Shown here piece after piece: positions 1-11,032 of a stretch of DNA of 64,000 nt. The stretch's first letter is position 1. Each line of letters begins with the position of its first letter. Origin of the DNA: Gammaproteobacteria bacterium (lineage in GTDB: Bacteria > Pseudomonadota > Gammaproteobacteria > JBCCGL01); contig OZ255836.1 in NCBI GenBank assembly GCA_965277715.1, forward strand, positions 3,840,001 to 3,904,000. The letters run 5' to 3'. Below the pieces are notes generated by a model. It was not told the origin of the DNA. It searched no databases and was given only the letters and a program-made list of their open reading frames with translations. Both the position numbers and the translations under genes were made by a program.

Positions 1-121
1 TTGCCATAAACGCACCTCTGATGTTTGAATGGTATTAGGGCTCTCGCCGTTGAAGATCCTATCGGCGGATACGTTGAATGGCAAGATGAATTGCGCTATT
101 TCCCCAATAGGCAGGTAAAAG

Positions 122-139
122 GTCAAATGAAATTTGACA
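122..139 (+). promoter_or_regulatory. Palindromic operator-like site overlapping a TTGACA -35 hexamer, upstream of the ABC operon
   Basis: GTCAAAT-gaa-ATTTGAC at 122-138 and TTGACA at 134-139. A divergent gene appears to start at position 7 on the minus strand (CAT at 5-7, SD GAGGTG at 13-18). Confidence 0.35.
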
Positions 140-268
140 TTCAGCAGGGCTTGGTTAAGTATCATCCGGGCTGAAATTCAGGCACTGATGTGCTGACGTG
201 GCTTTTATCCATGTGTTTTACGTGGGTAAATTATTAAAACGACTATGTAATCCATGAGGAACAAAAGA

Positions 269-1867
269 ATGTCAGATTATGAAATTGAAAAATTACAGAA
301 ACGTGTGACCAACGGCGGCATGAATCGCCGCGAATTTTTACAGGCTGCTACGGCAATGGGTTTTGCCGCCGCTGCCCCTGCACTTTACACCCAGGCCGCC
401 TACGCCACACCCAAGCGCGGTGGCACTTTGCGCCTCGGTCTGGGCGGCGCCAATACAGCCGATTCGCTGGATCCGGAAAACAACGGCGACACCTTTATGA
501 TCAATATGAACCAGGGCGCTGTGCGCAATGCCCTGGTTGAAGTCAACGCCGACGGCCAAGCGATTCCCGAGTTGGCCGAAAGCCTGGAGCCTTCTGCCGA
601 TGCCAAGACCTGGGTGGTCAAGCTGCGCAAAGGTGTCGAATTTCACAGCGGTAAAACCCTGAACGCCGATGATGTGATCGCATCGATCGAGCACCATCGC
701 GGTGAGGCATCAACCTCTGCGGCCAAGTCGGTTGCCGAGTCGATGGGTAAGATGCGCAAAGATGGCGCCGATACTGTTGTATTCGAGCTTGATGGGGGTA
801 ATGCTGACTTCCCTTACCTGCTCAGTGACTACCATATCCTGATTGGCCCTGTTGATAAATCGGGCAAGGTCGACTGGCTGTCAGGTGATGCCACCGGCCC
901 TTATAGCGTTAAGGAATTTGAGCCGGCGGTACGTGCGCACCTGGTGCGCAACCCCAACTACTGGAAAGAGGGTGAAGGTCATTTCGACGAAGTTAAAATG
1001 ACTGCGATCAACGATACCGCCGCCCGTATGAACGCAATGGCGACCGGCCAGGTTGATGCCATTGCCCGCTGTGACCTGAAAACTGCCAGCCTGCTGGAAA
1101 AGAAACCCGGTATCAGTGTATTGCAAACGGCGGGTACCAAACACTTCACCTACCCAATGGATATGCGCAACGCGCCGTTTAATGACAACAATATCCGCAT
1201 GGCGCTGAAACACGGTATTGACCGTGAAATATTCGTCAACACCGTGCTGCGCGGTTATGGCTCGCTGGGTAACGACCACCCGATTGGTGCTTCACAAAAT
1301 TATCACGCCGGTGATTTGCCGCAGCGCGGATACGACCCTGAAAAAGCTAAGTGGTATCTCAAACAGGCGGGCCTCAGCGCATTGGATGTGGAAATTGCTG
1401 CCTCTGATGCCGCGTTTAGTGGCGCCGTTGATGCAACGCAACTGTACGCCGAATCGCTGCGTCCCGCCGGTGTCAATCTGACCGTTAAACGTGCCTCGCC
1501 CGATGGTTATTGGGACAATGTGTGGATGAAAGTGCCGTGGAGCGCCTGTTACTGGTCTGGTCGCCCAACGGCTGACTGGATGTTTACCATTGGCTATAAA
1601 GCCGGTGGTAACTGGACAGACACCTACTGGAATCACCCCCGCTTTGAACAACTGCTGTTAGCTGGTCGCGCCGAGCTGGACGATGCCAAGCGCAATGAGA
1701 TTTATGTGGAAATGCAAACCATCGTACACAACGAAGGCGGTGTTGTCGTACCGTGCTTTGCCAACAATGTCGATGCGGCTTCCGATAAACTCGGTCGCCC
1801 GGCGAAGATGGCCGGCAACTGGGAACTGGACGGCGCTCGCGCCTGCGCCCGCTGGTGGTTTGTATAA
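269..1867 (+). CDS. ABC transporter substrate-binding protein, family 5 (peptide/nickel type), Tat-exported
   Basis: Twin-arginine motif NRREFL and SBP_bac_5 motifs (PELAES, LRKGVEFH, GPY). SD GAGGA at 256-260 favours the ATG at 269. Confidence 0.93.
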   Translation: MSDYEIEKLQKRVTNGGMNRREFLQAATAMGFAAAAPALYTQAAYATPKRGGTLRLGLGGANTADSLDPENNGDTFMINMNQGAVRNALVEVNADGQAIPELAESLEPSADAKTWVVKLRKGVEFHSGKTLNADDVIASIEHHRGEASTSAAKSVAESMGKMRKDGADTVVFELDGGNADFPYLLSDYHILIGPVDKSGKVDWLSGDATGPYSVKEFEPAVRAHLVRNPNYWKEGEGHFDEVKMTAINDTAARMNAMATGQVDAIARCDLKTASLLEKKPGISVLQTAGTKHFTYPMDMRNAPFNDNNIRMALKHGIDREIFVNTVLRGYGSLGNDHPIGASQNYHAGDLPQRGYDPEKAKWYLKQAGLSALDVEIAASDAAFSGAVDATQLYAESLRPAGVNLTVKRASPDGYWDNVWMKVPWSACYWSGRPTADWMFTIGYKAGGNWTDTYWNHPRFEQLLLAGRAELDDAKRNEIYVEMQTIVHNEGGVVVPCFANNVDAASDKLGRPAKMAGNWELDGARACARWWFV

Positions 1868-1899
1868 CACGCGTGTATAGCGTACTTTAGTGCGTTAGA

Positions 1900-1990
1900 G
1901 GGTGTCGGAAAACATTACAAGCGCAGTGGTTTTCCGATACCCTTGTTACTTACAGGTGGCCGGGGCGGCAATTACCCCGGCTGCTTTTTT
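1900..1990 (+). terminator. Two hairpins after the SBP gene; the second is Rho-independent terminator-like
   Basis: GGGTGTCGGAAAAC...GTTTTCCGATACCC (1900-1942), then GCCGGGG...CCCCGGC plus a T-tract (1959-1990). Confidence 0.6.
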
Positions 1991-2025
1991 GTTATAAAGA
2001 GCGGTAAATACCTGTCTATATCACC

Positions 2026-2985
2026 ATGAATAATATACTGACCATAATGATTCTAAAGCGCCTGGGGCTGGGTTTGTTTACCTTGTTCGGCGTGTCTGTA
2101 CTGATCACCTTGGGTGTCGAGGCCTTATCTGGCGATATATGCACAGCCGTGCTGGGGCAGATGGCAGACGAATCCACTATCGCCGCCTGCCATATTCAGT
2201 TAAACCTGGACAGGCCCATACACACACGCTATATCGAATGGCTATTTAATTTTATGCAGGGGGATATGGGTATATCTCTCGGCAATTTGCGCCCGGTCGC
2301 TGACCTGGTGGGCAGCCGTATGGGCAATACCCTCTACCTGGCTGGGCTGACCTCGCTGATAGCCGTGCCGCTGGGGGTTATGCTCGGTGTCATCGCCGCG
2401 CTGTACCGCAACACACCCATCGACCACACCATATCCACCAGCACGCTGACCACCATCTCTTCACCTGAGTTCTTTGTCGGTTACATTCTGATGGCGATTT
2501 TTGCGGTGAGCAATAACTGGCTACCCGCCATTTCCAATGTGGAAAGCTCCATGAGCCTGCTCGAACGGCTCAAGGTGTCGGCGCTGCCCGTGATGACACT
2601 GACGCTGGTCTCGGTGGCACACATGATGCGCATGACACGCGCTTCCATCGTCAACCTGTTGGCCAGCCCCTATATCGAGATGGCGAAACTCAAAGGCATT
2701 AAGCCGAGCCGGATTATTGTCAAACACGCACTACCCAATGCCTGGTCACCGATTATTCAGGTGATTGTTTTAAATCTGGCTTATCTGATTGTCGGCGTCG
2801 TGGTCATTGAAGTGGTGTTTGTCTACCCCGGTCTGGGTTCGCTAATTGTCGATGCCGTCCTGTTGCGTGATATGCCTATCGTACAGGGCACGGCAATGAT
2901 CTTTGCCGCAGCCTACGTATTACTATTTTTGCTCGCCGATATATTATCGATGCTGGCCAATCCCCGTCTACGGCATAGGAGGTAA
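2026..2985 (+). CDS. ABC transporter permease (DppB/OppB-like)
   Basis: GDMGIS motif, EAA-type loop YIEMAKLKG, KHALPNA, multiple TM segments. Confidence 0.93.
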   Translation: MNNILTIMILKRLGLGLFTLFGVSVLITLGVEALSGDICTAVLGQMADESTIAACHIQLNLDRPIHTRYIEWLFNFMQGDMGISLGNLRPVADLVGSRMGNTLYLAGLTSLIAVPLGVMLGVIAALYRNTPIDHTISTSTLTTISSPEFFVGYILMAIFAVSNNWLPAISNVESSMSLLERLKVSALPVMTLTLVSVAHMMRMTRASIVNLLASPYIEMAKLKGIKPSRIIVKHALPNAWSPIIQVIVLNLAYLIVGVVVIEVVFVYPGLGSLIVDAVLLRDMPIVQGTAMIFAAAYVLLFLLADILSMLANPRLRHRR

Positions 2986-2991
2986 TTCGGT

Positions 2992-3822
2992 ATGTCCTTT
3001 ACTGCATTTTGGCATGACCTCAACTGGAGTGCCCGCATCGGCTTGTTTATCGTCTTGTTTTTTGCCTTTTGTGCCTTGTTTGCCCAGTGGCTGGCCCCGT
3101 ATGGGGAGAGCCAGATTGTCGGTGATGTATGGGAGCCAATTGGCGGTGAATTTATTTTCGGCACCGACCAAATAGGCCGCGATTTACTGTCCCGCTTGAT
3201 TTACGGGGCGCGCAACACCATTGCACTGGCGTTGTTATCCACCACTGTCTCCTTTCTTACCGGCACGGTATTAGGTTTTATTGCCGCGACAATGGGCGGT
3301 AATGCCGATCAGATATTAAGCCGCCTGGTGGATATTTGTATTTCCATTCCCACACTGATCTGCGCGCTGATCGTTTTATTTGCACTCGGCACGGATACAC
3401 TGACGCTGATACTGGTGATTGGTTTTATCTACGCTATGCCCGTCTTTCGTATCGCCCGCGCTGTCGCCATGGATGTGGAGGTGATGGACTACGTCGAAGT
3501 GGCACGCCTGCGCGGTGAAGGGCTGTGGTGGATTATGCGCCGGGAAATCCTGCCCAATGCATTAACACCACTGGCCGCTGAATTTGGTCTGCGCTTCTGC
3601 TTTGTATTTTTGTTGATTTCCAGCTTGAGCTTTCTCGGCCTCGGTCTACAACCGCCACTGGCAGACTGGGGTGCAATGGTGCGCGGCAACGCCGATGGCA
3701 TTGCCTGGGGGTTCTACCACCCACTGATCCCCGCCGGGTGTATCGCCGCGCTGACGATTGGTATCAATCTGTTGATCGACCGTTGGGTACACAAAGCCAG
3801 TGGGCTGAGAGACGACCAGTAG
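2992..3822 (+). CDS. ABC transporter permease (DppC/OppC-like)
   Basis: FGTDQIGRDLLSRLIYGAR, YVEVARLRGE, LSFLGLG. Confidence 0.93.
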   Translation: MSFTAFWHDLNWSARIGLFIVLFFAFCALFAQWLAPYGESQIVGDVWEPIGGEFIFGTDQIGRDLLSRLIYGARNTIALALLSTTVSFLTGTVLGFIAATMGGNADQILSRLVDICISIPTLICALIVLFALGTDTLTLILVIGFIYAMPVFRIARAVAMDVEVMDYVEVARLRGEGLWWIMRREILPNALTPLAAEFGLRFCFVFLLISSLSFLGLGLQPPLADWGAMVRGNADGIAWGFYHPLIPAGCIAALTIGINLLIDRWVHKASGLRDDQ

Positions 3823-3851
3823 GTTATAGGCCAATAGGCACAAGGCATAAT

Positions 3852-5507
3852 ATGAGCGAAAAATTACTTGAAATAAAAGACCTGCTGATCGAAGCGGATA
3901 TCGATGGCGACTGGAAACCGATTGTCAACAGCCTGTCGATGACGCTGGAGCGCGGTGAGATTATCGGTTTAATCGGTGAATCGGGAGCGGGTAAATCCAC
4001 CTTCGGTCTGACTGCATTGGGTTATACCAAGCCGGGGTGTCGAATCGTTTCCGGTTCCATCCTGCTCGATGGCGTTGAGCTGGTAGGCAAACCCAACGCC
4101 GAGCTGCGCACTGTCCGGGGTAACAAAGTCGCCTATGTGGCGCAGAGTGCCGCCGCTTCGTTTAACCCTGCCCACACACTGTTTGAGCAGTTCGCCGAAT
4201 CCCCCGTACAACACGGCAAAATGAAAATGGCGGATGCGCGTAAGCGCAGCATCGAGCTGTTTCGCCAGCTCGACCTGCCGGATGCCGAACACATTGGCGA
4301 TCGCTACCCACACCAGGTGTCCGGTGGGCAGTTACAGCGTGCGATGACCGCGATGGCGCTGGGCTCAAACCCGGATATCATTATCTTCGACGAGCCGACC
4401 ACGGCGCTTGATGTCACCACTCAAATCGAAGTGCTGGGCGCTATCAAAGAGGCCGTCAAGGCGCGCAATGTGGCGGCAATCTACATCACCCACGACCTCG
4501 CCGTCGTCGCACAAATGGCCGACCGCATTATGGTACTGCGCTACGGTGATCTGGTCGAAGAGGGTAACGCACGGGATATGCTCGCCAACCCAAAACAGGA
4601 CTACACCCGTAAGTTACTTAACGTGCGCTCGCAGCGCGATGCGAGAACCGACCACGATGAAGCCGATATCCAACTCTCGGTCGAAAACATCACCGCCCGC
4701 TATCCGGGCACCGGCAGTGACGTATTGAGCGATATCAATATCAACCTGGTCAAGGGCAAGACGGTTGCCGTAGTCGGTGAGTCAGGCAGTGGTAAAAGCA
4801 CCCTGGCGCGTGTTATTACCGGCCTGTTACCGCCCAGCCAGGGTGTGGTGAAATTCCACGGGCGCACCTTAACCCCCTCCCTGAAAACCCGGCCAAAGCA
4901 GGATTTACAGTCGATCCAAATGATCTACCAAATGGCCGATGTGGCGATGAACCCCCGGCATAAAATCAAAGAGATCATTGGTCGTCCGCTGGAGTTTTAC
5001 CTCGGTATCACCGGTAGGGAACGCGATCAGCGCGTGCTCGAACTGCTGCACCAGATCGAGATTCCCGAAGACTACGCCGAGCGTTACCCATCGCAATTGT
5101 CTGGCGGAGAAAAACAACGCATCTGTATTGCCCGGGCACTGGCGGCAGAGCCGGAGCTGATTATCTGTGATGAAGTGACCTCGGCGCTGGATCAATTGGT
5201 CGCTGAAGGTATTCTCGATTTGCTGCTCAACCTGCAAAAAGAACTCAACGTCTCCTACCTTTTTATCACCCACGACCTGGCCACCGTTAAGGCCATTGCC
5301 GATGAAATTGTGGTGATGTACCAGGGAGGCGTCGTCGAACAGGGCAATAAGACTGACATACTGGCGCCGCCCTGGGCGCCTTACACTGAGCTGTTGTTGT
5401 CCTCAGTGCCGGAAATGGATCCCGATTGGTTGGATGATCTGGTTGACCGGCGCAAGCGGGGCGAGGCACCGACGGCAGAGAGTATGGCTACTGCGTATAA
5501 CCGGTAG
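3852..5507 (+). CDS. ABC transporter ATP-binding protein with two fused ATPase domains (DppD/F-like)
   Basis: Two Walker A motifs ([16 protein letters not shown]), signatures VSGGQ and LSGGE, DEPT and DEVT. Start reassigned to MSEKLL at 3852. Confidence 0.93.
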   Translation: MSEKLLEIKDLLIEADIDGDWKPIVNSLSMTLERGEIIGLIGESGAGKSTFGLTALGYTKPGCRIVSGSILLDGVELVGKPNAELRTVRGNKVAYVAQSAAASFNPAHTLFEQFAESPVQHGKMKMADARKRSIELFRQLDLPDAEHIGDRYPHQVSGGQLQRAMTAMALGSNPDIIIFDEPTTALDVTTQIEVLGAIKEAVKARNVAAIYITHDLAVVAQMADRIMVLRYGDLVEEGNARDMLANPKQDYTRKLLNVRSQRDARTDHDEADIQLSVENITARYPGTGSDVLSDININLVKGKTVAVVGESGSGKSTLARVITGLLPPSQGVVKFHGRTLTPSLKTRPKQDLQSIQMIYQMADVAMNPRHKIKEIIGRPLEFYLGITGRERDQRVLELLHQIEIPEDYAERYPSQLSGGEKQRICIARALAAEPELIICDEVTSALDQLVAEGILDLLLNLQKELNVSYLFITHDLATVKAIADEIVVMYQGGVVEQGNKTDILAPPWAPYTELLLSSVPEMDPDWLDDLVDRRKRGEAPTAESMATAYNR

Positions 5508-5535
5508 ACTGCCGACCCTTTACAGAGGCGCCTGT

Positions 5536-6465
5536 TCATTTTGGAATAACATCTGGAAACCCCTCCGCCCGCAGTTCGGTGCCGGTGGTCTCCTCCATCA
5601 TCCTGATAACATGCGGTGTCCATGCATCGCCGCCGTATTTGGCGCGTGACTCGATAAACAATTGCTCTACCAGGCCGGTGAGCTTTAGGGGAACATCGAG
5701 GTTTTTTCCAAGTGCGGTAACAAACCCTAAATCCTTTAAACCCAGCTCGGTGGTAAACCCGGTGTTTAATGTCCCGTTTAAAATCACAGGCGCCCAGTCT
5801 TCAAATTCCCGGCTACTGCCAGAGCTGGCGGTAATCGCCTGATAGCACTTGCCCAAATCCAGCCCTCCCCGTTTGGCCAGCATCAAGGCCTCACCCATCG
5901 CCACCAGGTCGACCAGGCAGAGCAAATTGCTAATCACCTTGATCAGCGAGGCGTCGCCAATTTTTCCCATATACACAATATGCCCGCTCATTTTTTCTAG
6001 TAGTGGGCGATGACTATCAAACACCGCTTGTGCGCCGCCAACCAATAGCGTCATTTCACCGCGTGCTGCGCGGTGCACACCCCCGGTGGCGGGGCACTCC
6101 AGGGTTTCAATACCCAACTCACTGGCGAGTGCAGCGAGACGTTTGATCTCCTCTACTTCGGTGGTGCTCATTTCAATCCAGGTGGCACCGGGTTTTAACG
6201 ATGCCAAGGCACCATTATTGTCGTCATTATGACCTGTCATTACGGCGGCAGAGGCAGCGGGCGACGGCAGGCAGGTGATTAATACATCGACCTGGCTGGC
6301 GGTGTCCTGCACGGAAGTGGCCGCTTTGGCACCGGCATTGACGACGTGTTGCATCGCCATTTCGTTTAAATCGTAAACCGTCAGGTCGATAGCGGCGTCG
6401 AGTAAATTTTTGGCCAGCCTGGCGCCGAGAACACCCAGCCCAATAAAACCGTATTTCATATTCAT
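5536..6465 (-). CDS. NAD(P)-dependent oxidoreductase, 3-hydroxyisobutyrate dehydrogenase family
   Basis: GFIGLG Rossmann motif, ITCLPSP, EMSTT, catalytic K in IKVISN, GFT..LGLKDL. Confidence 0.88.
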   Translation of the reverse strand: MNMKYGFIGLGVLGARLAKNLLDAAIDLTVYDLNEMAMQHVVNAGAKAATSVQDTASQVDVLITCLPSPAASAAVMTGHNDDNNGALASLKPGATWIEMSTTEVEEIKRLAALASELGIETLECPATGGVHRAARGEMTLLVGGAQAVFDSHRPLLEKMSGHIVYMGKIGDASLIKVISNLLCLVDLVAMGEALMLAKRGGLDLGKCYQAITASSGSSREFEDWAPVILNGTLNTGFTTELGLKDLGFVTALGKNLDVPLKLTGLVEQLFIESRAKYGGDAWTPHVIRMMEETTGTELRAEGFPDVIPK

Positions 6466-6531
6466 TACCGTGTCAGGGAGTACAGTGAGGGATCAATATA
6501 AGGCAAACCGCGTGCGTGTGTCAGCATAGCA

Positions 6532-7395
6532 ATGCGCAAAACCAAAAATCCCATTACACTATCGACTGGATCGTTCGTGGTTTTCCCGTTGAAAAAATTA
6601 TTCATTATTGCCCGCTTTGAGCTGGTGAGGCTTTTTTTTACCACACGTGGGTGTATATCGCTGCTGGCCTTCGCCCTGCTGTGGTCAGTATTGCTGCGCT
6701 ATTTGATTTATAACGCGTCCTATTATTTGTTGGACAGGGACACCAGCAACTTGATCGGTGCGTTAATCGGTAATACGGATGTGCAAAACCCACTTGCCTG
6801 GCCGGTGGCGGAAATGACCGTTTTTTGGAGCGTGGCCCTGTACCTGTTTCCGTTTTTTTGTATTGTGTTAACCGCCGATCAAACAGCGTCTGATCGCAGC
6901 CGTGGCACATTGCGCTTGATTAACTTGCGCGCCAACCGGGACACCATTTACTTTGGCCGTTTTCTCGGCCAAATGATTATCCAGGGGTTATTAATCATTG
7001 CTACTGTGGGCAGTGTGCTGGTGTTGGCAGTGTCACGGGACACCAGCCTGCTGGGGGCTGGGTTGTCACTGGCGGTGTTGATTACGGTTAACCTTGTTAT
7101 TGTCCTGCTGCCTTATACCGCACTCATGGCGCTGGTATCGGTTATCGCCAAATCAGCCCGTCAGGCGACTGTCTACGCCATAATCCTGTGGTTGATATTG
7201 CTTATTCTTATCGCCTGGCTGGCGCCCTATTTTCCCGATGTTGGTTTTTTTCAATGGATACTGCCGGGTTCGCAATTTTCTGCACTGTTAGAAAAAGAAG
7301 GCTGGGATATGTTGTCATTGGCACACATACCGCTGATACAGACGGTAGTGTTGTTAGGTGTGGGGCGTTGGCTGATGCAACGGAGTGATTTATGA
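6532..7395 (+). CDS. ABC-2 type exporter permease
   Basis: Six TM helices and the DRSRGTLRL motif; overlaps the ATPase gene. True start may be the TTG at 6589. Confidence 0.8.
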   Translation: MRKTKNPITLSTGSFVVFPLKKLFIIARFELVRLFFTTRGCISLLAFALLWSVLLRYLIYNASYYLLDRDTSNLIGALIGNTDVQNPLAWPVAEMTVFWSVALYLFPFFCIVLTADQTASDRSRGTLRLINLRANRDTIYFGRFLGQMIIQGLLIIATVGSVLVLAVSRDTSLLGAGLSLAVLITVNLVIVLLPYTALMALVSVIAKSARQATVYAIILWLILLILIAWLAPYFPDVGFFQWILPGSQFSALLEKEGWDMLSLAHIPLIQTVVLLGVGRWLMQRSDL

Positions 7396-8288
7396 GTGTG
7401 ATCAGTTGCACCGACCTGGGCAAACGCTATGGCAGTAACGTGGCTCTGGACAGTGTCAATCTCGATTTGCAGGCAGGCGACCCTATCGCCCTGATTGGCC
7501 CAAACGGTGCGGGTAAAACCACCTTAATGAGTTTGTTGTGTGGGTACATTCGCCCTGATAGTGGCCAGGCAACTGTGTTGGGGTTGGCGCCGGGCAGTGC
7601 CGGGTTGAGTGGTCGGCTCAGCGCACTGCCACAGGATGCACAGCTCGACCCACGCTTTTCAGTGGCTCGGCAGTTGCATTTATTTGCCATATTGCAGGGG
7701 CTAAGTGGAGGGGCGGCCAGGCGTGATGTGGATCGGGTGCTCGATTATGTGGGGCTGGCTGATGCTAAACAGCAGAAACCCGCTGAATTGAGCCACGGCA
7801 TGCGTAAGCGCGTTGCTATTGCCCAGGCGCTATTGGGCGCCCCGGAAGTGGTATTGCTGGATGAACCGACTGCCGGGCTCGACCCCGCCAATGTCAAAAT
7901 CATCCGCGATTTAATCGTCTCCTGTTCACAGCGTATGACCTTTATCGTCAGCTCGCACAACCTGGATGAACTGGAAAAGTTGTGCAGTACCGTGGTACAT
8001 CTCGACCAGGGTTGCCTGAAAAATCAGGTCGATATTGGCAGTACAGGTAATGAAGGGTATTTAACCATCAAACTGGGGCAGTCTGATACACAGGATGCGG
8101 CGAAACTACTGTCGACACTCACCGGTGTTATTGATGTACTTCCCAAACAACAGGGGGATATTGTTCTGCAATACGATATTGCCTCGTATCCGACGATGGA
8201 CCAGCAGCTACTCAGGTTTTTGGCGGATAATAATCTGGCGTACAAGCACCTGATTAAGGGGCGTACGCTGGAGGATAGATTGTTTTGA
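7392..8288 (+). CDS. ABC exporter ATP-binding protein
   Basis: GPNGAGKT, LSHGM, LLDEPT, SSH. Confidence 0.9.
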   Translation: MSVISCTDLGKRYGSNVALDSVNLDLQAGDPIALIGPNGAGKTTLMSLLCGYIRPDSGQATVLGLAPGSAGLSGRLSALPQDAQLDPRFSVARQLHLFAILQGLSGGAARRDVDRVLDYVGLADAKQQKPAELSHGMRKRVAIAQALLGAPEVVLLDEPTAGLDPANVKIIRDLIVSCSQRMTFIVSSHNLDELEKLCSTVVHLDQGCLKNQVDIGSTGNEGYLTIKLGQSDTQDAAKLLSTLTGVIDVLPKQQGDIVLQYDIASYPTMDQQLLRFLADNNLAYKHLIKGRTLEDRLF

Positions 8289-8588
8289 TCTATTTATCAG
8301 AGTAGTACATTGAGATGTATAAACAGCGCTTCCATTAAAGATAATTGGTCAGCCCGGTAATATTTATAGAGTGCATTGGCTGTTTCTACATTAAATAAAC
8401 TTGGCACAATGATCTTGCTGGCTTGATCCAACAGTGTCAGCTAGTGGCCATGCTCCGTTGGAGAAAGGCTGATGCGGAGTGCTGCAGAGGCATCTAATAC
8501 ATAACAATTCACCGTTGCTCCCTGCTTTCCCGTACTATCGCTTCGGGCGTTGATGAAAAGTCAAAATGGCGCCCACTCGCTTTTATAG

Positions 8589-8800
8589 GTGACCAGATTG
8601 GCGGAACGCTACCCTGGGCTGACGTTTGAATATCTGTCGAGTTTGATGCGGGAAAATCGACTCCAGGAACTGGAAAAGCCCGTACCTAGAGAAGCAACAT
8701 TTAAAGCTGTTTCATTGAAAATAAAAGGGAAGCGATTCAATCGTGAAGAAGCCAATGCCCGATAGTGCTTTTGTCGGTAGAAAATCAAAGATAGCTTAAC
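8589..8800 (+). pseudogene. Probable remnant of an antitoxin/PIN-toxin (VapBC-like) pair
   Basis: A 58-aa ORF (8589-8765) ends KRFNREEANAR*. It overlaps an ATG at 8755 that reads MPDSAFV and then degenerates, resembling the start of a PIN domain (xxFVDTN). Confidence 0.4.
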
Positions 8801-9966
8801 TCCAGTGGGTACTCAGCCAGTACCTCGGCCCCGCTGCTTTTAATCCAAACAGGCTGCTCAAGCTTAACCCCTTCATGGCCACCCATTTCGCCCACATAGC
8901 ACTCCACACACACCACCATATTCTCTTCAAAAACGCCGTCATAAGCGCCCCATTCCTCATCTTCACGATACCAGATGAGCGGGTACTCGACACCCAGGCC
9001 ACAACCGTGGGCGACATCGGCATAGCGGTTGGGTAGGCAATTGTCCGGGAGTTGAAATGATTTGTCTGAGTATTCCAAAAACCCCAAACCGGGTTTTAGC
9101 AAGTCGATGTTATGTTGCATTTGTTGGTAGGCGGTGTTGTATAGCTGGCGTTGCTTATCACGCGGTTTTTTATCACCGACAACCCAACTGCGCGAGAGGT
9201 CGTTGTAAAACCCCATCGGCCCGATAAGGTCGGTATCGAAGGCCAGCATATCGCCATTTTGTATAATGCGGTCTGAGGTTTCCTGAAACCAGGGGTTGGT
9301 GCGTGGGCCGCTACTGAGTAAACGCGTTTCCGGGTACTCGCCTCCCTGCTCAATACTGGCGGCAATCATAATGGCCAGTGCGTCTGACTCGCGCATACCG
9401 GGGTGCAGTTTTTCACGCATGACAGCAATACTGGCTTCACAGGTTTGCAGTGACTGTTTTAACGCCGCGATTTCGTCCAATGATTTGATCGACCGGGCGC
9501 GCTCCATCAGCGGCTTTGCATCGATCAGTTGCAAAGCCTGTTGTTGGCAGGCAGTGACCAGCGTCAGATCGGCGCGGTCAATCGCCAGCTTTTTCCCGCC
9601 TATCCCTTTTTCTGTTAGTAGCGCGTGCATTTGCATCGCCCAGCGCTGTGCCATTTCAAACCCACGTTCACCGACGATCATATAATCACTGGAAAGCGCC
9701 GGGCGAATATCCTCAAGCATCGGCTCTGCCAGGTGTGAGGCACTGGGCATATCAAACAATACACAGTCACCACTGGCAAATACCACGGCGTAGCGCACAT
9801 AGTTGTGCATTGTCCACACCTGCATATTGCGGGTGCCCGTGGCGTAGCGAATATTAACCGGGTCGAACAATACGACGGCGGGGCAGTCGTACTCGCCTAG
9901 CCATTTTTTGATCTGCTCACTACGGTGGGTTTGAATAGAAGAGCGTGTATCGATATTGCTCAGCAT
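8785..9966 (-). CDS. M24 metallopeptidase-fold protein, DddP (DMSP lyase)-like subgroup
   Basis: DPVNIRYAT..NMQVW..HN, ETRLLSSGPRTNPWFQE, FDTDLIG....DLSRSW, RY...HG.G, CVE, KLE. Confidence 0.8.
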   Translation of the reverse strand: MLSNIDTRSSIQTHRSEQIKKWLGEYDCPAVVLFDPVNIRYATGTRNMQVWTMHNYVRYAVVFASGDCVLFDMPSASHLAEPMLEDIRPALSSDYMIVGERGFEMAQRWAMQMHALLTEKGIGGKKLAIDRADLTLVTACQQQALQLIDAKPLMERARSIKSLDEIAALKQSLQTCEASIAVMREKLHPGMRESDALAIMIAASIEQGGEYPETRLLSSGPRTNPWFQETSDRIIQNGDMLAFDTDLIGPMGFYNDLSRSWVVGDKKPRDKQRQLYNTAYQQMQHNIDLLKPGLGFLEYSDKSFQLPDNCLPNRYADVAHGCGLGVEYPLIWYREDEEWGAYDGVFEENMVVCVECYVGEMGGHEGVKLEQPVWIKSSGAEVLAEYPLELSYL

Positions 9967-10129
9967 TAAACATTCTCATTGCGATTCAGCCGGAGACGTT
10001 AGCGCCGGATGAACCCGGTTGTCAAACGGGTTATGCTACTGAATCTAACAAATTCGACATCTCTCTTTTCTTATCCGGGTATCAAGCGTAACTCAAACTC
10101 CCGGTATATTTTTCGTGTAACGCACTGCA

Positions 10130-11032
10130 TTGGGATATAAATTGAAACGCAAAGATAAAATCGATGCCTTTGGTGCTTCGATACTTGTGGCGACCTCAGC
10201 CACTTATGGTCTTAACCATGTGTTAATAAAAATTGTTAATGATGGTTTACAGCCTGTATTCCAGGCGGGGTTGCGCTCGCTGTGCGCTATTTTGCCCATT
10301 ATGTTATTTGCCTGGTTAACGCATAAAAAACTGACGGTGCGTGATGGTAGTTTCTGGCCTGGACTGTTGGCGGGGGTGTTCTTTTCCATTGAGTTTGTGT
10401 TGCTATACCAAGCACTGGACTACACCAGCGTGGCGCGTGCCGCGATCTTTTTTTACACCATGCCGTTTTGGGCGGCGATTGGTGCGCATTTTCTTATTCC
10501 TGGTGAACGGCTGACGATGGTGCGTACTGGCGGCTTATTACTCGCATTTGCCGGTGTCTTTGTGGCGTTATCCAATAACGCCGCACCGGCCACTGATAAG
10601 GCATTAATGGGTGATATCTTTTGCATCGTCGGTGCGGCATTGTGGGCCTGCGTTTTACTGCTGGCGCGTACCAGCAAACTATCACGCGCCTGCCCGGAAA
10701 TGCAGTTGCTCTATCAGTTATCAGTGTCTGCATTGGTGCTATTGGCGGTTACGCCATTGTTTGGTGAACCGGTGCGTGAATTTACCCCGCTGATTGCCGG
10801 AATATTTTTTGTGCAGGTATTTGGCGTGGTGTGCGTTGGGTTTCTCACCTGGTTCTGGATCCTATCGATTTACCCGGCGTCGGATATGGCATCGTTTGGG
10901 TTTCTTGCGCCGGTATTTGGAGTGTTGTTTGGTTGGTTGATTTTGGGTGAGGAGATCACTTATACCATTGTTACTGCACTGGTGATGGTGGGTGTGGGGA
11001 TTGTGTTGGTTAATCGCAAGCTCCGAGTATAG
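10130..11032 (+). CDS. DMT/EamA family transporter
   Basis: About 10 TM helices in two EamA repeats (GERLT, LGEEIT). Confidence 0.88.
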   Translation: MGYKLKRKDKIDAFGASILVATSATYGLNHVLIKIVNDGLQPVFQAGLRSLCAILPIMLFAWLTHKKLTVRDGSFWPGLLAGVFFSIEFVLLYQALDYTSVARAAIFFYTMPFWAAIGAHFLIPGERLTMVRTGGLLLAFAGVFVALSNNAAPATDKALMGDIFCIVGAALWACVLLLARTSKLSRACPEMQLLYQLSVSALVLLAVTPLFGEPVREFTPLIAGIFFVQVFGVVCVGFLTWFWILSIYPASDMASFGFLAPVFGVLFGWLILGEEITYTIVTALVMVGVGIVLVNRKLRV

